A stretch of DNA of 64,000 nucleotides from assembly GCA_951406725.2 (NCBI GenBank), contig OX597814.1, positions 191,146,001-191,210,000 of the forward strand, given 5' to 3'. The notes under the pieces are model-generated. The model was not told the DNA's origin. It saw nothing but the letters and a program-made list of their open reading frames with translations, and searched no databases. This document shows positions 42,575 to 50,786 of the stretch, piece after piece (within the stretch, counting starts at the first letter, position 1; each line of letters begins with the position of its first letter). This DNA is from Octopus vulgaris (Eukaryota). Position numbers and translations under genes: made by a program.

Positions 42575-44308
42575 AATGTAGAAGTCATAAGAATTTAGAA
42601 ACTTCAAGAGAATGTGAACTAATTCTCTTTCAGAACGCTGAAACTCAACACAGGTAAAGCTATAAATAATAGTTTAAAAAATACTCTGAACAGAAAATGT
42701 CAACAGCTACCAAAGGTTTCATGTAGAAGATTCTGCATGAAACATCATGAATGAAGTCATGGAAATCACCAGGCTGAGTGACCAAAGGATACCATCACCA
42801 TGAGACCAATGATAGTATTTTTTGTATGGAAGTCCGAGATGGAGTGCAGGAGGTGAAGTAAGCATATGAAAAACTTGCTGGAGGACTGTAGAGGAGGATC
42901 TGGCAGACATAGGCCAAACCTAGGAGCAGACTCATAATTGGGCTTGCAAGCATGCTGGGTGGAGATCTTTTGTTATCTGAAGCTCCATGGGGAGTTGGAG
43001 GAACTAAAACTGTGAGCAACAAGGACAATTTTTATTTGAGAGGATTATAGCAACTGACTTAATACCAGTAAATTGTGATTTATTTTGTCAACAGAAGTTA
43101 TGATCAGTGTGCTAACCATAATAAGTTTGTTGGGATTGGTCAGAAAGTAGAAGGATAAAACATCTAGTTTGGTGGTCTACTATGGCTGTAAAGCCAGTAT
43201 TACTAAATTGTGGAAGTTAGTAACAAGATATTTTAAAAATTACTTTGACAGAAATGGAACAAATATTTGCATTTGTGGCATGTTAACAATGACAAAACTG
43301 AGCAACTTATATTTCAAAAGACAAAAATAAAATGGAACAATGTAACAAAAATAAAATTCATTAAATCTCTATTTTTTAAATAGTTAAACTGAGTGAAATT
43401 TCAAACAACCGTCATTTCCAAAGCCATCAATAGAAAGTGTGTCAGCTCGTAGTAATAAGAGAAAAGAAGGAAATGGTATTAAGTGGGTTTAATACGTCTA
43501 ACAAGGATATAAGTGACATACAAGTACCAAATAGCTACTTCTTATGTAAGCATGAAATCTCGAGTCTATTGGAGAAGGAATAATTGGAATTTTGCGATAT
43601 TTGTTCTTTTCCCAAAACATAAGGAAATGAATCCTTATGAAGGGGCAGTTCCCTCCAAATGTTACAAAGAATGGTGCCTACTGCTTGTCTGTGGGCACGA
43701 CCGTAAACGGATACTTAACACAAGCCAGTCATCCTGGTTGGGGGTTGTGTATAGGATTAACATTTTGTTATGAAAACCTCAAAAGAAAGCAAAATAAATC
43801 AGATTGTTTTGAAGCAAAGAAGATCTCGCTGGTGCTGGTGCTACATGAAAAGCACCCAGTCCACTCTGTAATGTGTTTGGCATTAGGAGAGGCATCAAGC
43901 TGTACAAACCATGCCAAACAGACCTCACTGGTGTTGGTGTCACAAAATGCACCCAGTTCATTCTGTTAAGAGGTTGGCATTAGAAGAATATCCAGCTGTA
44001 AAAACCATGGCAAAATAGACAGTAGAGCTTTTTGCAGTCCTCTGGTTTGCCAGCATGGAATACGTATGCTAATGATGATGATGAAAGCTACTTTGCCTTA
44101 GACTGATGAGAGATTTTCGTCAAAGAAATTCTAGGCAAAGGAAGAGTGAAGGAAGAAAATAAAAAAACTAGAAGTTGATAGAAAGAACTGCCCAGGACAG
44201 AACTTGGAAGGCTTATATTCCAAAGGGAACTGAAGAGCGAAGAAGAATATGAGAAGAAAATACTTGCCTGTCCCATGATGCAGCTGTAGGTCTATTTTTC
44301 CGAGACAT
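4019..44308 (-). CDS. RBM33: RBM33-like RNA-binding protein, multi-exon, 3'-incomplete (14 coding exons, 1410 codons in window)
   Basis: The hand-spliced model keeps phase across all 13 internal junctions. Motifs occur in the same order as in vertebrate RBM33 as I recall it: WDS-DEDLL..D.L; SDEELDEDALLGSDNE; GRGRFISER..I...IPDTLEISEE; RRGGRRG; ILINPHFRG; a P/Q/H-rich region; and the coiled coil DEESKLLREKLEQQKRMRAEVIRRKELRR. The C-terminal RRM is expected beyond position 1. Confidence 0.85.
7196..7337 (-). CDS. RBM33: RBM33-like coding exon 13, conserved coiled coil: DEESKLLREKLEQQKRMRAEVIRRKELRRLLQAEQRRKDLQDKLAEQ
   Basis: cttcag| ... CAA G|gtgggt; 142 nt, phase 0 to 1. Closely resembles the DEETRLYRLKIEEQKRLREEILKQKELRR segment of RBM33 as I recall it. 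Confidence 0.9.
7730..7925 (+). mobile_element. Penelope-like pseudo-LTR fragment in a (TA)n tract
   Basis: Flanked by (TA)n, carries a hammerhead motif, and is homologous to 38908-39100. Confidence 0.6.
7787..7821 (+). ncRNA. Minimal type I hammerhead ribozyme motif
   Basis: GTTT-CTGACGA-A-GAG(TTCCG)CTC-GAAA-CGT-T-AAAC: stem I GTTT/AAAC, intact core boxes, palindromic ACGT stem III as in Penelope-associated hammerheads. Confidence 0.7.
8573..8975 (+). mobile_element. tRNA-derived SINE family B, partially tandem-duplicated
   Basis: gagctggcagaaa...gagttcaaattcc head (A/B-box-like) and the central gactttgcctttcatcctttcggggtcgataaattaagtaccag domain. Other copies at ~12620-12835(-), 13008-13225(+), 14630-14840(+), 15822-16035(+), 19025-19258(+), 32797-32990(-), 56740-56945(-), 63320-63551(-) and 63790-64000(+). 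Confidence 0.8.
9045..9219 (-). CDS. RBM33: RBM33-like coding exon 12: (R)VNPLVSPKRNRQ...QLTQSD
   Basis: tattttcag| ... GAT|gtaaga; 175 nt, phase 2 to 0. Confidence 0.8.
9399..9795 (-). mobile_element. Non-autonomous Helitron (same family as 1674-2067, opposite orientation)
   Basis: TC...hairpin...CTAG ends. It is inserted at attcaacA|Tattcc, and the empty site is preserved in the neighbouring tandem copies. Confidence 0.9.
10148..10584 (-). mobile_element. 5'-truncated RTE 3' UTR copy
   Basis: (CAT)n tail on the left; flanked by gatca on both sides; the empty site ggaggatcagttaatt is present in the sister units. Confidence 0.8.
10908..11119. mobile_element. Tc1/mariner-type MITE (TA TSD)
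   Basis: TA|caagggggtaatgaaaaattcctggcttt ... aaagctaggaatttttcagtacccccttg|TA. Further copies lie in the two upstream units, and an inverted copy at ~61086-61303. Confidence 0.8.
11702..11895 (-). CDS. RBM33: RBM33-like coding exon 11: QSHHEMIPTQHQ...KYQRL(R)
   Basis: tttctttcttccaatcaag| (AAG acceptor) ... CG|gtcagt; 194 nt, phase 0 to 2, which the next exon's phase requires. Confidence 0.7.
13259..13484. mobile_element. piggyBac-type MITE (TTAA TSD)
   Basis: TTAACCCTTTCATTAC ... GTAATGAAAGGGTTAA. A related inverted copy is at 26431-27131, and a second TTAA family is at ~11129-11355 and ~57819-58371. Confidence 0.8.
13554..13900 (-). CDS. RBM33: RBM33-like coding exon 10: (G)APQPIQSLAPVPNQQ...QYQVQPVQ
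   Basis: tttccttcag| ... CAG|gtattg; 347 nt, phase 1 to 0. Confidence 0.85.
15180..15320 (-). CDS. RBM33: RBM33-like coding exon 9: (A)APQPQSLQPPPPPPPPPVQHQQ...PPQYS
   Basis: aaacag| ... TCT G|gtaatc; 141 nt, phase 1 to 1. Confidence 0.8.
16570..16790 (+). mobile_element. RTE LINE RT C-terminal fragment within a SINE microsatellite
   Basis: RIAWAKFREILPLLVTKGLSLRVKSRLYDAFVQTIMLHGSETWA, same family as 58763-59325. Confidence 0.8.
17963..18107 (-). CDS. RBM33: RBM33-like coding exon 8: TSYVQPNPAEAWPPAAAPQAPQQ...SQPYQ
   Basis: tttctttcaacag| ... CAA G|gttagt; 145 nt, phase 0 to 1. The acceptor is duplicated at 18341 (see findings). Confidence 0.8.
18050..18517. repeat. 234-bp tandem duplication spanning the exon 8 acceptor
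   Basis: Copies at 18050-18283 and 18284-18517, with three substitutions visible between them. Confidence 0.9.
20600..21444 (-). CDS. RBM33: RBM33-like coding exon 7: (E)ISEEQQAQIDQFLNERNRRGGRRG...poly-Q/H...KILINPHFRG...VTQQ
   Basis: attcag| ... CAG|gtattt; 845 nt, phase 1 to 0; overlaps ORF 20336-21346. Confidence 0.9.
21557..21997 (-). mobile_element. Full-length tRNA-derived SINE family A with internal (TA/CA)n
   Basis: Minus-strand head ggcgcaggagtggctgtgtggtaag...ggttcagtccc (A/B boxes), a GAGTAAA-type tail and TSD ctaaaata. Other copies at ~23425-23785, 25885-26277, 28503-28876, 40425-40795, 47447-47820, 58525-60072 (split; all -), and 48618-49100, 6445-6605, 16385-16560 (+). Confidence 0.85.
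22200..22760 (+). repeat. Longest tandem array of RTE 3' UTR units (about 8 units) with 3' tail
   Basis: Repeated (gtgctggt)ggcac(a/g)taaaaagcaccattcgag.gtggt.gatgccagtgct.cctgactggc. Related arrays at ~18130-18690(-), 24625-24955(-), 31040-31480(+), 34057-34545(-), 41760-42243(+) and 61310-61883(+). Confidence 0.8.
23836..23980 (-). CDS. RBM33: RBM33-like coding exon 6: DKTIKGFEESSESEDEEKGRGRFISERSNIISIATTKPKTRTDIPDTL
   Basis: ttacag| ... TTG G|gtaatt; 145 nt, phase 0 to 1; resembles the RBM33 GR.RF..ER...IP.TL motif. Confidence 0.9.
24359..24444. repeat. 40-bp-arm palindrome at the centre of a larger imperfect inverted repeat (~24205-24512)
   Basis: gaaagtcataccggtttcgtcatcgctgttcactgacttt-tgattc-aaagtcagtgaacagtgatgatgaaaccagtatgactttc; mismatches are transitions. 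Confidence 0.85.
26626..27100 (+). mobile_element. CR1-type LINE 3' end (RT C-terminus plus (ATT)n tail) nested in a TTAA MITE
   Basis: LESVQRRATKRIP...YSERL..L....L..RR...DL...K......TRGH..K.........RKHFFTLRVAEAWNKLP. A second copy is at ~55968-56375 (-). Confidence 0.85.
27447..27575 (-). CDS. RBM33: RBM33-like coding exon 5: DGNAEHFAAS...QSQEEDYE
   Basis: cacag| ... GAG|gtatgt; 129 nt open, phase 0 to 0. Confidence 0.8.
27644..27801. mobile_element. hAT-type MITE
   Basis: TIRs caggggcaggctgag / ctcagtctacccctg; 8-bp TSD atttacct / atttatct. Confidence 0.65.
27833..28120. mobile_element. hAT-type MITE
   Basis: TIRs caatgcttcacaacc / ggttgagaaccactg; 8-bp TSD gtttagag / gtttagaa. Confidence 0.7.
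29396..29495 (-). CDS. RBM33: RBM33-like coding exon 4: (E)VPSDADFEGEDVIEVADPSELDGFETGQGNLTE
   Basis: ttttag| ... GAG|gtgagt; 100 nt, phase 2 to 0. Confidence 0.8.
31836..32751 (+). mobile_element. Decayed, internally deleted mariner transposon
   Basis: TIRs ttgggtcatcccataaa / tttatgggatgacccaa. Transposase remnants WFQKF*AGNYSLEDEPHPGR and HPPYSPDIAPSDYHLFHSLQNHL (mariner YSPDLAP.D motif), with stops and frameshifts. Confidence 0.9.
33338..33540 (-). CDS. RBM33: RBM33-like coding exon 3: EKEESDEELDEDALLGSDNEY...EEYELL
   Basis: ttcctag| ... GA|gtaagt; 203 nt open, phase 0 to 2; acidic motif. Confidence 0.85.
34057..35065 (-). mobile_element. RTE LINE 3' fragment (RT C-terminus remnant plus 3' UTR)
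   Basis: ERNEANMLRWMYNVSVH...KEKLDLRGIRCGVQERQL, followed on the minus strand by the UTR units and a (GAT)n tail. Confidence 0.8.
35297..35354 (-). CDS. RBM33: RBM33-like coding exon 2: (S)DEDLLHDDILGISAFQSSK
   Basis: attcag| ... AAG|gtaatt; 58 nt, phase 2 to 0. Confidence 0.85.
35503..35695 (-). mobile_element. Penelope-like pseudo-LTR fragment with a variant hammerhead motif (35593-35628)
   Basis: Near-identical to 49481-49640 and partly to 46680-46770. Minus strand reads CTTT-CTGTAGA-A-GAGC(ATAG)GCTC-GAAA-CAT-A-AAAG; adjacent to (TA)n. Confidence 0.55.
37350..38366 (-). mobile_element. Internally deleted piggyBac transposon retaining the transposase N-terminus (pseudogene)
   Basis: TTAA at both ends, TIRs ctctttcgttac / gtaacgaaaggg. 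ORF remnants 38143-37761 show an acidic N-terminus then ALDYFFLLF...LFEIITAETNRYAK, typical of PGBD / DDE_Tnp_1_7 starts; frameshift and stop present. Confidence 0.85.
38715..39100. mobile_element. Inverted pair of Penelope-like pseudo-LTRs
   Basis: 38715-38888 is the imperfect reverse complement of 38910-39100; both are homologous to 7730-7925. Confidence 0.7.
38976..39010 (+). ncRNA. Minimal type I hammerhead ribozyme motif
   Basis: GTTT-CTGAAGA-A-GAGC(ATT)GCTC-GAAA-CGT-T-AAAA; intact core boxes. Confidence 0.7.
39396..39485 (+). ncRNA. Candidate hammerhead motif with a long stem II loop
   Basis: CTGATGA-A-GCATCATTA...TAATGAAGC-A-GAAA-CAGCTG-TA with palindromic ACAGCTGT; stem I is weak. 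A decayed relative lies at 40225-40300 (-). Confidence 0.4.
42245..42524 (-). mobile_element. tRNA-derived SINE (third family)
   Basis: Minus-strand head gtggaggcgcaatggcccagtggttagggcagcggactcgcagtc...ggtttcgaattccc (A/B boxes) followed by a non-tRNA body. Confidence 0.7.
44268..44308 (-). CDS. RBM33: RBM33-like coding exon 1 (exon 44268-44352; ATG at 44308): MSRKNRPTAASWD-S
   Basis: Acceptor ttttttctctttcag|, then a 44-nt UTR and the ATG. Donor is CAG|GCAAGT (GC type). Phase 2 joins the next exon to give WDSDEDLL. Confidence 0.75.
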
Positions 44309-44864
44309 GCTTAGAGTATTTTTGATTTTAATTTAAGGTATTCATACAGAAACTGAAAGAGAAAAAAAATATCAATTCACACCATACTCGAATTCAATTT
44401 GTAGAGTTCTTTTAAAAAACAAAATTAACACATCATATTTAATTTGAAGGAGAAAAAGGTCACACAGACACTTTTCAATTGCTTTTAGAATTCATGAATT
44501 TTTTTTTAGAGATGATTAGATGATTTAGGTAGGTGATAATTTGGTTTGTCATCCAGATACTATCATTAAATACTGCAAATAATTTTTTATTATTTAGCTA
44601 AATCAAATTTCATACTCTAGCTGTCCATCTATGTAAGCTGGCATACTGATATGTGTAGGTGTTCTTGTTTCTACAGAGAGATGTCTTAACTTCACAGATG
44701 TTTTTATATAGACTTATCAGCAAAAAAAAAAGAAAAGACTTATGTTTCACCCTAAAATATGCATGCACACACACACTTACACACACAGCTGGCAAAGTAG
44801 GATACTGGTTATTTATATGAATAGTCAATAAAGTGATGCAAGAAAGTGTCATGCATGATGACTG

Positions 44865-45905
44865 GCACAGCAGCATCATTTATGAAACTGTACAAAGGCA
44901 AAGGAGATGCCCTAAAGAGAAACTACAGAGACATCAAATTGTTGAACCAGGTCATCAAAGTTACTGAGTTATTGCGAAATTGATTTGTAGTATTAGCCTA
45001 AATGAGATGCAGTTTGGTTGAATGCCAAGAATACCACCACTCACTAAGAGTGCGATCTTCCAAGTGAGACAAGTGTAAGAGAAATACATAGCTACAAGTC
45101 ACCACATCTACCATATATAGACCTGGAAAAATTTTTTAATAGGGTCCCTCACATTGTCATCCGGTGGGCACAAAAGAAGTTATAGGTAGATGGATGGCAA
45201 GTGAGGGCCAGATAAGCTATGTATGAAGGGGCAGTTAACAATGAGTACAGCAATAAATTTAGCATACTGGTAAGGGTCCATCAAGACTTGATCCTCAGCC
45301 CCTTTCTGTTAATTTAGTCCTCCAAACCATAACAGTGGTGTTTAAGATTGGCTATCTGTTGGAACTCCTTTATGCTGTTGACCTTGTTTTTATAGCAGAT
45401 TTGAAGAAAAAATGCCAGACATGGAAGCTAAACCTCGAATTGGAGGACCTTAAAAGTTAACTTATCTAAATCTAAAGTTATGACAAATAGAAAAGATGAG
45501 AGGACTCTGCTGCTGTCAGGGAAATAGCCATACTTTGTATGCAGAAAAGGAGTTGGTTGAAACACCAATGTATCTGATGTAAACAATGGATGCATGAGTG
45601 GTAAGTGGGAGCAATGTTTAACTGCAAAGGTAGCCTTCATATGTGACAGTTGCACAAGGGGAATTAAGCATGCAGAACACCAAGGAAATAGATTTTCTCA
45701 ACTGCTTAGAAAGCTCCATAGAAATAGTCATTAGTTTCTGTTAGCTAGGTGATTTAATTCGTAATAGGAAGGGGTACTCCGAAACAATAGGAACCAGAAT
45801 AAGAACAGGTTGGAAAAAGTTCAAAGAGCTACTATCTCTGCTGACAATGAAAGGCAGATTAAATTATGCTTGTGCATGAAATGCAGTACAACATGGTAGG
45901 GGGAC
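44865..45905 (+). mobile_element. Highly decayed RTE LINE RT region
   Basis: Remnants of YKGKGDAL..NYR.IKLL, EMQFG, DLEK.F.RVP, GVHQ...LSPFL, ELLYA.DL and R.GWKKFKELL, with many stops. Confidence 0.7.
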
Positions 45906-46993
45906 ATGTGTTTTGAATACATAGGATTAGTGAAGACAAGAAAGAAAAGAGGTGTGCATACTTCACTAGATGTGTAAATATTAATGTAAATGAACAATGC
46001 TCTCACAACAATAAATCTGTTCCCCCATCGTAGTTTAATTTCAATACCTTGCCTAAAATCATTACTTTCTCTCCTATTCTCCTTTTCAATCATAGGTGTT
46101 CTTTACACTAGTCAATCTTACTAATACTGAAAAAAAATGCATGTGGTACATTCTGTAAAGTGGCTCGGATTAGGAATGACATCCAGACATAGAAACTATA
46201 CTAATATGAAGATGATGGAGCAAGGTGTGTCCCTCAGACTCATCAGATCATGTTAAACTGTTCGACCCAAACCAGCACAGTAAGGAGATGTAAAATGATG
46301 ATGACAAATATATATACTAATACACATACATATGCATGCATATATATGTAGAAATGTATGAGTGTGTGCGTGAGGGTGCATGACCTAGTGGTTAGGGTGT
46401 TGCACTCATGATCATGAGATCTTGGTTTCAATTGCTAGATGGCCAATGCAATCATTTTGACACCTGACATGGTACATTGTGCACCTGGCAATGCTGATTT
46501 GATGGAGGGAGTGAGTTAAAGTACAGCATATACATTTGATTACTATAAACAAATCATTTGTACAGGTTATGCAACAAAAACTGAACACCCATATGGCATC
46601 TTTGCCAGGAGTTTCCATCATATACATATATATATCATCATTTAGCGTCCGTTCTCCATGCTAGCATGGGTTGGACGGGAGAATTCACGAAAAAAAACAA
46701 AAGACGAAGACAGGTGGTGTAGAAAAGAAACAGATGTATTAATATAACACCTGGGAATTGAGAAAGTCTTTATTTATTTATTTATATATATATATATATA
46801 CTTACATATACATGTATATATATATATATAAAATAATAATTTGAGGGAATATCATTCCAAACTTACAGGGAAAAATTCAATTTAGAAATAATAAATCAAA
46901 TTTCACAAAATATATATATGTATATATATATGAATTAGAAAAAAAAACACCTTTTATCAATTCAAAATGAAAAATTAAATTACACCATCTAGA

Positions 46994-47202
46994 AAATTAC
47001 ATATAATAGAAATATTAAATATAAGATAAAAATAATATACCGATGATCAAGTAATGTGCAAAATAATAAATAAAACGTATATATTTGGTAGAATATTTGT
47101 TATTCTACCAAATATATACGTTTTATTTATTATTTTGCACATTACTTGATCATCGGTATATTATTTTTATCTTATATTTAATATTTCTATTATATGTAAT
47201 TT
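46994..47202. repeat. Perfect palindrome, 102-bp arms with a 5-nt loop
   Basis: 46994-47095 is the exact reverse complement of 47101-47202 (checked in 10-base blocks); it extends imperfectly to ~46930-47255. Confidence 0.95.
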
Positions 47203-47267
47203 AATTTTTTATTTTCATTTTGAATTGAAAAAGGTGGGTTTTTTCTAATTTATATATATATACATAC

Positions 47268-47410
47268 ATATATGGGTATAGGACATCACAAAACATAAAC
47301 GACATGAAATACGAAGATGAACTTTTCTATGGTCTGCATACAAAAGTTTGTCTTCATATTCCATGTTTTTATATTTCATGTTGTTTACGTTTTGTGATGT
47401 CCTGTACCCA

Positions 47411-47417
<7 letters not shown>
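47268..47417. repeat. Imperfect fold-back element between (TA)n tracts
   Basis: atatgggtataggacatcacaaaacataaacgacatgaaata ... tatttcatgttgtttacgttttgtgatgtcctgtacccatat. Confidence 0.8.
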
Positions 47418-47449
<32 letters not shown>

Positions 47450-49380
47450 TTTACTTGTTTCAGTCATTTGACTGCGGCCATGCTGGAGCACCGCCTTTTA
47501 GTCGAGCAAATCGACCCCAGGACTTATTCTTTGTAAGCCTAGTACTTATCCTATCGGTCTCTTTTGCCGAACCACTAAGTAACGGGGACGTAAACACACC
47601 TGCATCGGTTGTCAAGCGATGTTGGGGAGACAAACACACACACACATATATACATATATATATATACGACGGGCTTCTTTCAGTTTCCGTCTACCAAATC
47701 CACTCACAAGGCTTTGGTCGGCCCGAGGCTATAGTAGAAGACACTTGCCCAAAGTGCCATGCAGTGGGACTGAACCCGGAACTGTGTGGTTGGTAAGCAA
47801 GCTACTTACCACACAGCCATAATATATATATATTATATATATAATAATATATATACATACATAAAAGCCCTGCATGTGATTAAGAAACATGCTAACCAAA
47901 GCCTTGTGAGTGGATTTGGTAAGAGAAAGAAACCTGTCTCATATGTGTGTGTGTGTGTGCGTATGTGTGTACCCTTGTCTCCACATCACATGATAGTTGC
48001 AATCAAGTATCACATTTATGCAAGTGATCTGGCCATAGGAAACTTGCCTCAAAAATTTGCAATTGAACCATTCAAGCATAGAAAAATGAATATTCAATCA
48101 TAATGATATATAAATATATATATACGCCACTTTGGCTGGCTTCCGTGCTGGTGGAACATAAAAAGAACCAACCAATCATGGCCATTGCCAGCCTCCTCTG
48201 GCCCCTGTGCCGGTGGCACTCACAGAGTGGTTGGCGTCAGGAAGCTGTAGAAACACTGCCAGATCAGACTGGAGTCTGGTGCAGCCTCCTGGCTTCTCAG
48301 ACCCTGGTCGAACCATCCAACCCATGCTAGCATGGAAAACAGGCGCTAAACGATGATGATGATGATATATAAAATTTGTAAACCAAGTTGCAATATGTTT
48401 AATAAACATTTTTAACCTTGCAAAACGTGGATTATAAATTTGTTTACACACAGAATCTTGAATTTGCTGTCATTAATTTACTTTAGAGGAAGATGGACAA
48501 ACAATTATAGGTGTAAAGAATGCATTTGCCATTCCTCCTTCTGAAGGGAATATTCAATGTTTCTTGTATGAAGGTAGTGATGCGTCAAAATGCATCTGTT
48601 TGCATAATATGCATAATAGGCACAGGCATGGCTGTGTGGTAAGAAGTTTGCTTTCCAACACATGGTCTCAAGTTCAGTCCCACTATATGGCATCTTGGGC
48701 AAATGTTTTCTATGGTCCCAAGCCAATCAAAGCTTTGTGAGTCAATTTGGTAGACAGAAAGAAACTGTGTGTGTGTATATACATATATATATATATAGGA
48801 ATAATTTAATTAGGATAAGGTGAATTTGAAGTCTTACAGCTGTTTCTAGGATAACCCGAGTAGTTGGTTAGTATATATATATGTGTGTATCTTTGTGTTT
48901 TTATATGCCCTCTACCCCCTGCCAATCATTTAGCAATCTGTTGGTTTGCTTACATTCCCCTAACGAAGCAGTTTGGCAAAAGAGACTGATAGAATAGATA
49001 CCAGTCTTTTAAAAGTACTGTGGATGATTTCTTCATTGAAAACGCTTCAATGTGGTGCTCTAGTATGGCCACAGTCCATTGGTTAAAACAAATAAAAGCT
49101 ATACTATCAACCATCCACTGAATATTTGAAACAGCTGTAAATATCTATATACAACCTGTAAATATATATAACATTTTATAAATGCATTCCTTATACCTAT
49201 AATTGCCCATCTTTGATATTCGTTCGCGATTTGTCTTTCTTTTAGCCAATTTATCTGATTCTGGAGTACTTTACCATGATTAAGAAGCTGGAGTTTAAGA
49301 ATTCTGTCTGTTTGAGTGCTAAATAGGTGCTTACCTGCTCTACAATTGCACTAGCTCTCACCGAAAATGTGTGTGTGTGT

Positions 49381-49387
49381 GTATATA

Positions 49388-49480
<93 letters not shown>
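49381..49480. repeat. (TA)n microsatellite, ~100 bp
   Basis: Seen directly. Other long simple repeats: (CATA)n ~53415-53515, (GT)n ~55294-55419, (GAA)n ~61008-61054. Confidence 0.95.
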
Positions 49481-49482
<2 letters not shown>

Positions 49483-49570
49483 AAAGTTTACGAAAAAAAC
49501 AAAAGACGAAGACAGGTGGTGTACAAAACAAACAGATGTATTAGTATAACGCTCAAGAATAGAAAAAAGT

Positions 49571-49606
49571 CTTTTACGTTTCGAGCCTACGCTCTTCTAC
49601 AGAAAG
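49571..49606 (-). ncRNA. Variant hammerhead motif (core CUGUAGA) in a Penelope-like repeat (49481-49640)
   Basis: CTTT-CTGTAGA-A-GAGC(GTAG)GCTC-GAAA-CGT-A-AAAG; all three stems can form, but core A6 is replaced by U. Confidence 0.5.
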
Positions 49607-50660
49607 GGAAATAGAAAAAACAAGGAGAGAAAAAAAGGATATAAATATATATAAGTTTCTCAAAAATCTCGAACAGAAACATTTCATAGCTATTAAACAA
49701 TCAACTAGTGAATAGGTACAGCTTAAAAGTCTCAGTCGATATAAGCCTTTTAGGATTGAGGTGTCTTTTATCATTTTCCATTATTACATAATGTAACCAG
49801 CTTAATTCAAAATAAATACGAAATAGAAATATAAAAAAAAAGCAGCACCAATCAACACGATTACATGTAAATAACATTAATTAGAACGCAGTAAGGTTAC
49901 GCCAGAATAAATGCAACACGCAACATAAACAACGAGGAGGCGGGAGTGCTACAAGATGTTTCATGTTTTAATGTAAATGCTTGCATCATTGGGAGATGGC
50001 TGAAACGTGGTTGCTGAACTTGCTAAATATAGCAGCCAAATCTAACTCATATCACAACCAACCGTTTTAAAACTAACAAATATATATTACATTTGGCTAA
50101 CAGAAGAAAAAAAACAACAAAAAACAAAAAAAGGACTGTGAAGATGGAATGCCTTTGATCTTGTCTGTTCGCTTAGGGATTATCAACAATTACTGTGACG
50201 TGTAAAAACAGTTCTCGATTCCACTCCAATAAAAACAATAAGGATAACGATTACTGCTATAAATAATAACGGTATTTTTTAGAAATCCAGCATTACTTTA
50301 ATTAAAATTATATCAAGTTCTAGAATTTACGTAACTATATCGATGTGTTGATTGGGGGTATGTGCGAATTTAGACAGTGCTTTTATTCTAATAATTTGCA
50401 TTAAAATGAGGAAATGTTCGTTTAAAATATATATCTATTTTCTATATGATTTATAGGGCTGAATAACAGAGATATTAAGCCCTTCGAATGTCTTATGGCT
50501 CTTGGAACATTAAACCCAATCACACCAAATTTACAATTAAAAAGCAAGCGCACAAATAAAAACAAAGTAGTATAAAAAAGATGATGTTGGCTTTCGCATT
50601 TGCTAATTTGTTTTTTCTTTTCCGAATAGAGTTAGAGATCAAAGTAGCATTGCAACTTAC

Positions 50661-50770
50661 CAATAGTAATTATACGGTATATTAACGACTTTTAACAATA
50701 AAACAATTCAACATTGTTACAGATGATACCTCTGAATGTTAAAATGGCGACACATTGGTCTTCACTGTGA
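50661..50770 (-). other. Probable non-coding first exon of the RBM33-like gene (5' end approximate)
   Basis: Strong donor TTG|GTAAGT (intron starts 50660), with a weaker alternative donor GAG|GTATCA at 50730. It lies in a repeat-poor, CpG-richer island next to YY1/ETS-like motifs. Confidence 0.5.
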
Positions 50771-50786
50771 ACTAACCGGAAACGTG
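50741..50786 (-). promoter_or_regulatory. Candidate core promoter: YY1-like motif (AAAATGGCG / CGCCATTTT, 50741-50749) and ETS-like CCGGAA (50776-50781)
   Basis: Motifs seen directly. This pairing is typical of TATA-less housekeeping promoters, and it sits just upstream of a consensus minus-strand donor. Confidence 0.45.

Noticed and set aside
49330-49370. Consensus donor CAG|GTAAGC on the minus strand at ~49335
   Set aside because: It directly abuts a (TA)n/(CA)n tract with no convincing acceptor, and the gene model does not need it.
50744-50770. AAAATGGCG as the start of a plus-strand gene
   Set aside because: The frame closes after 8 codons (MATHWSSL*) with no donor; it is better explained as a YY1 site.
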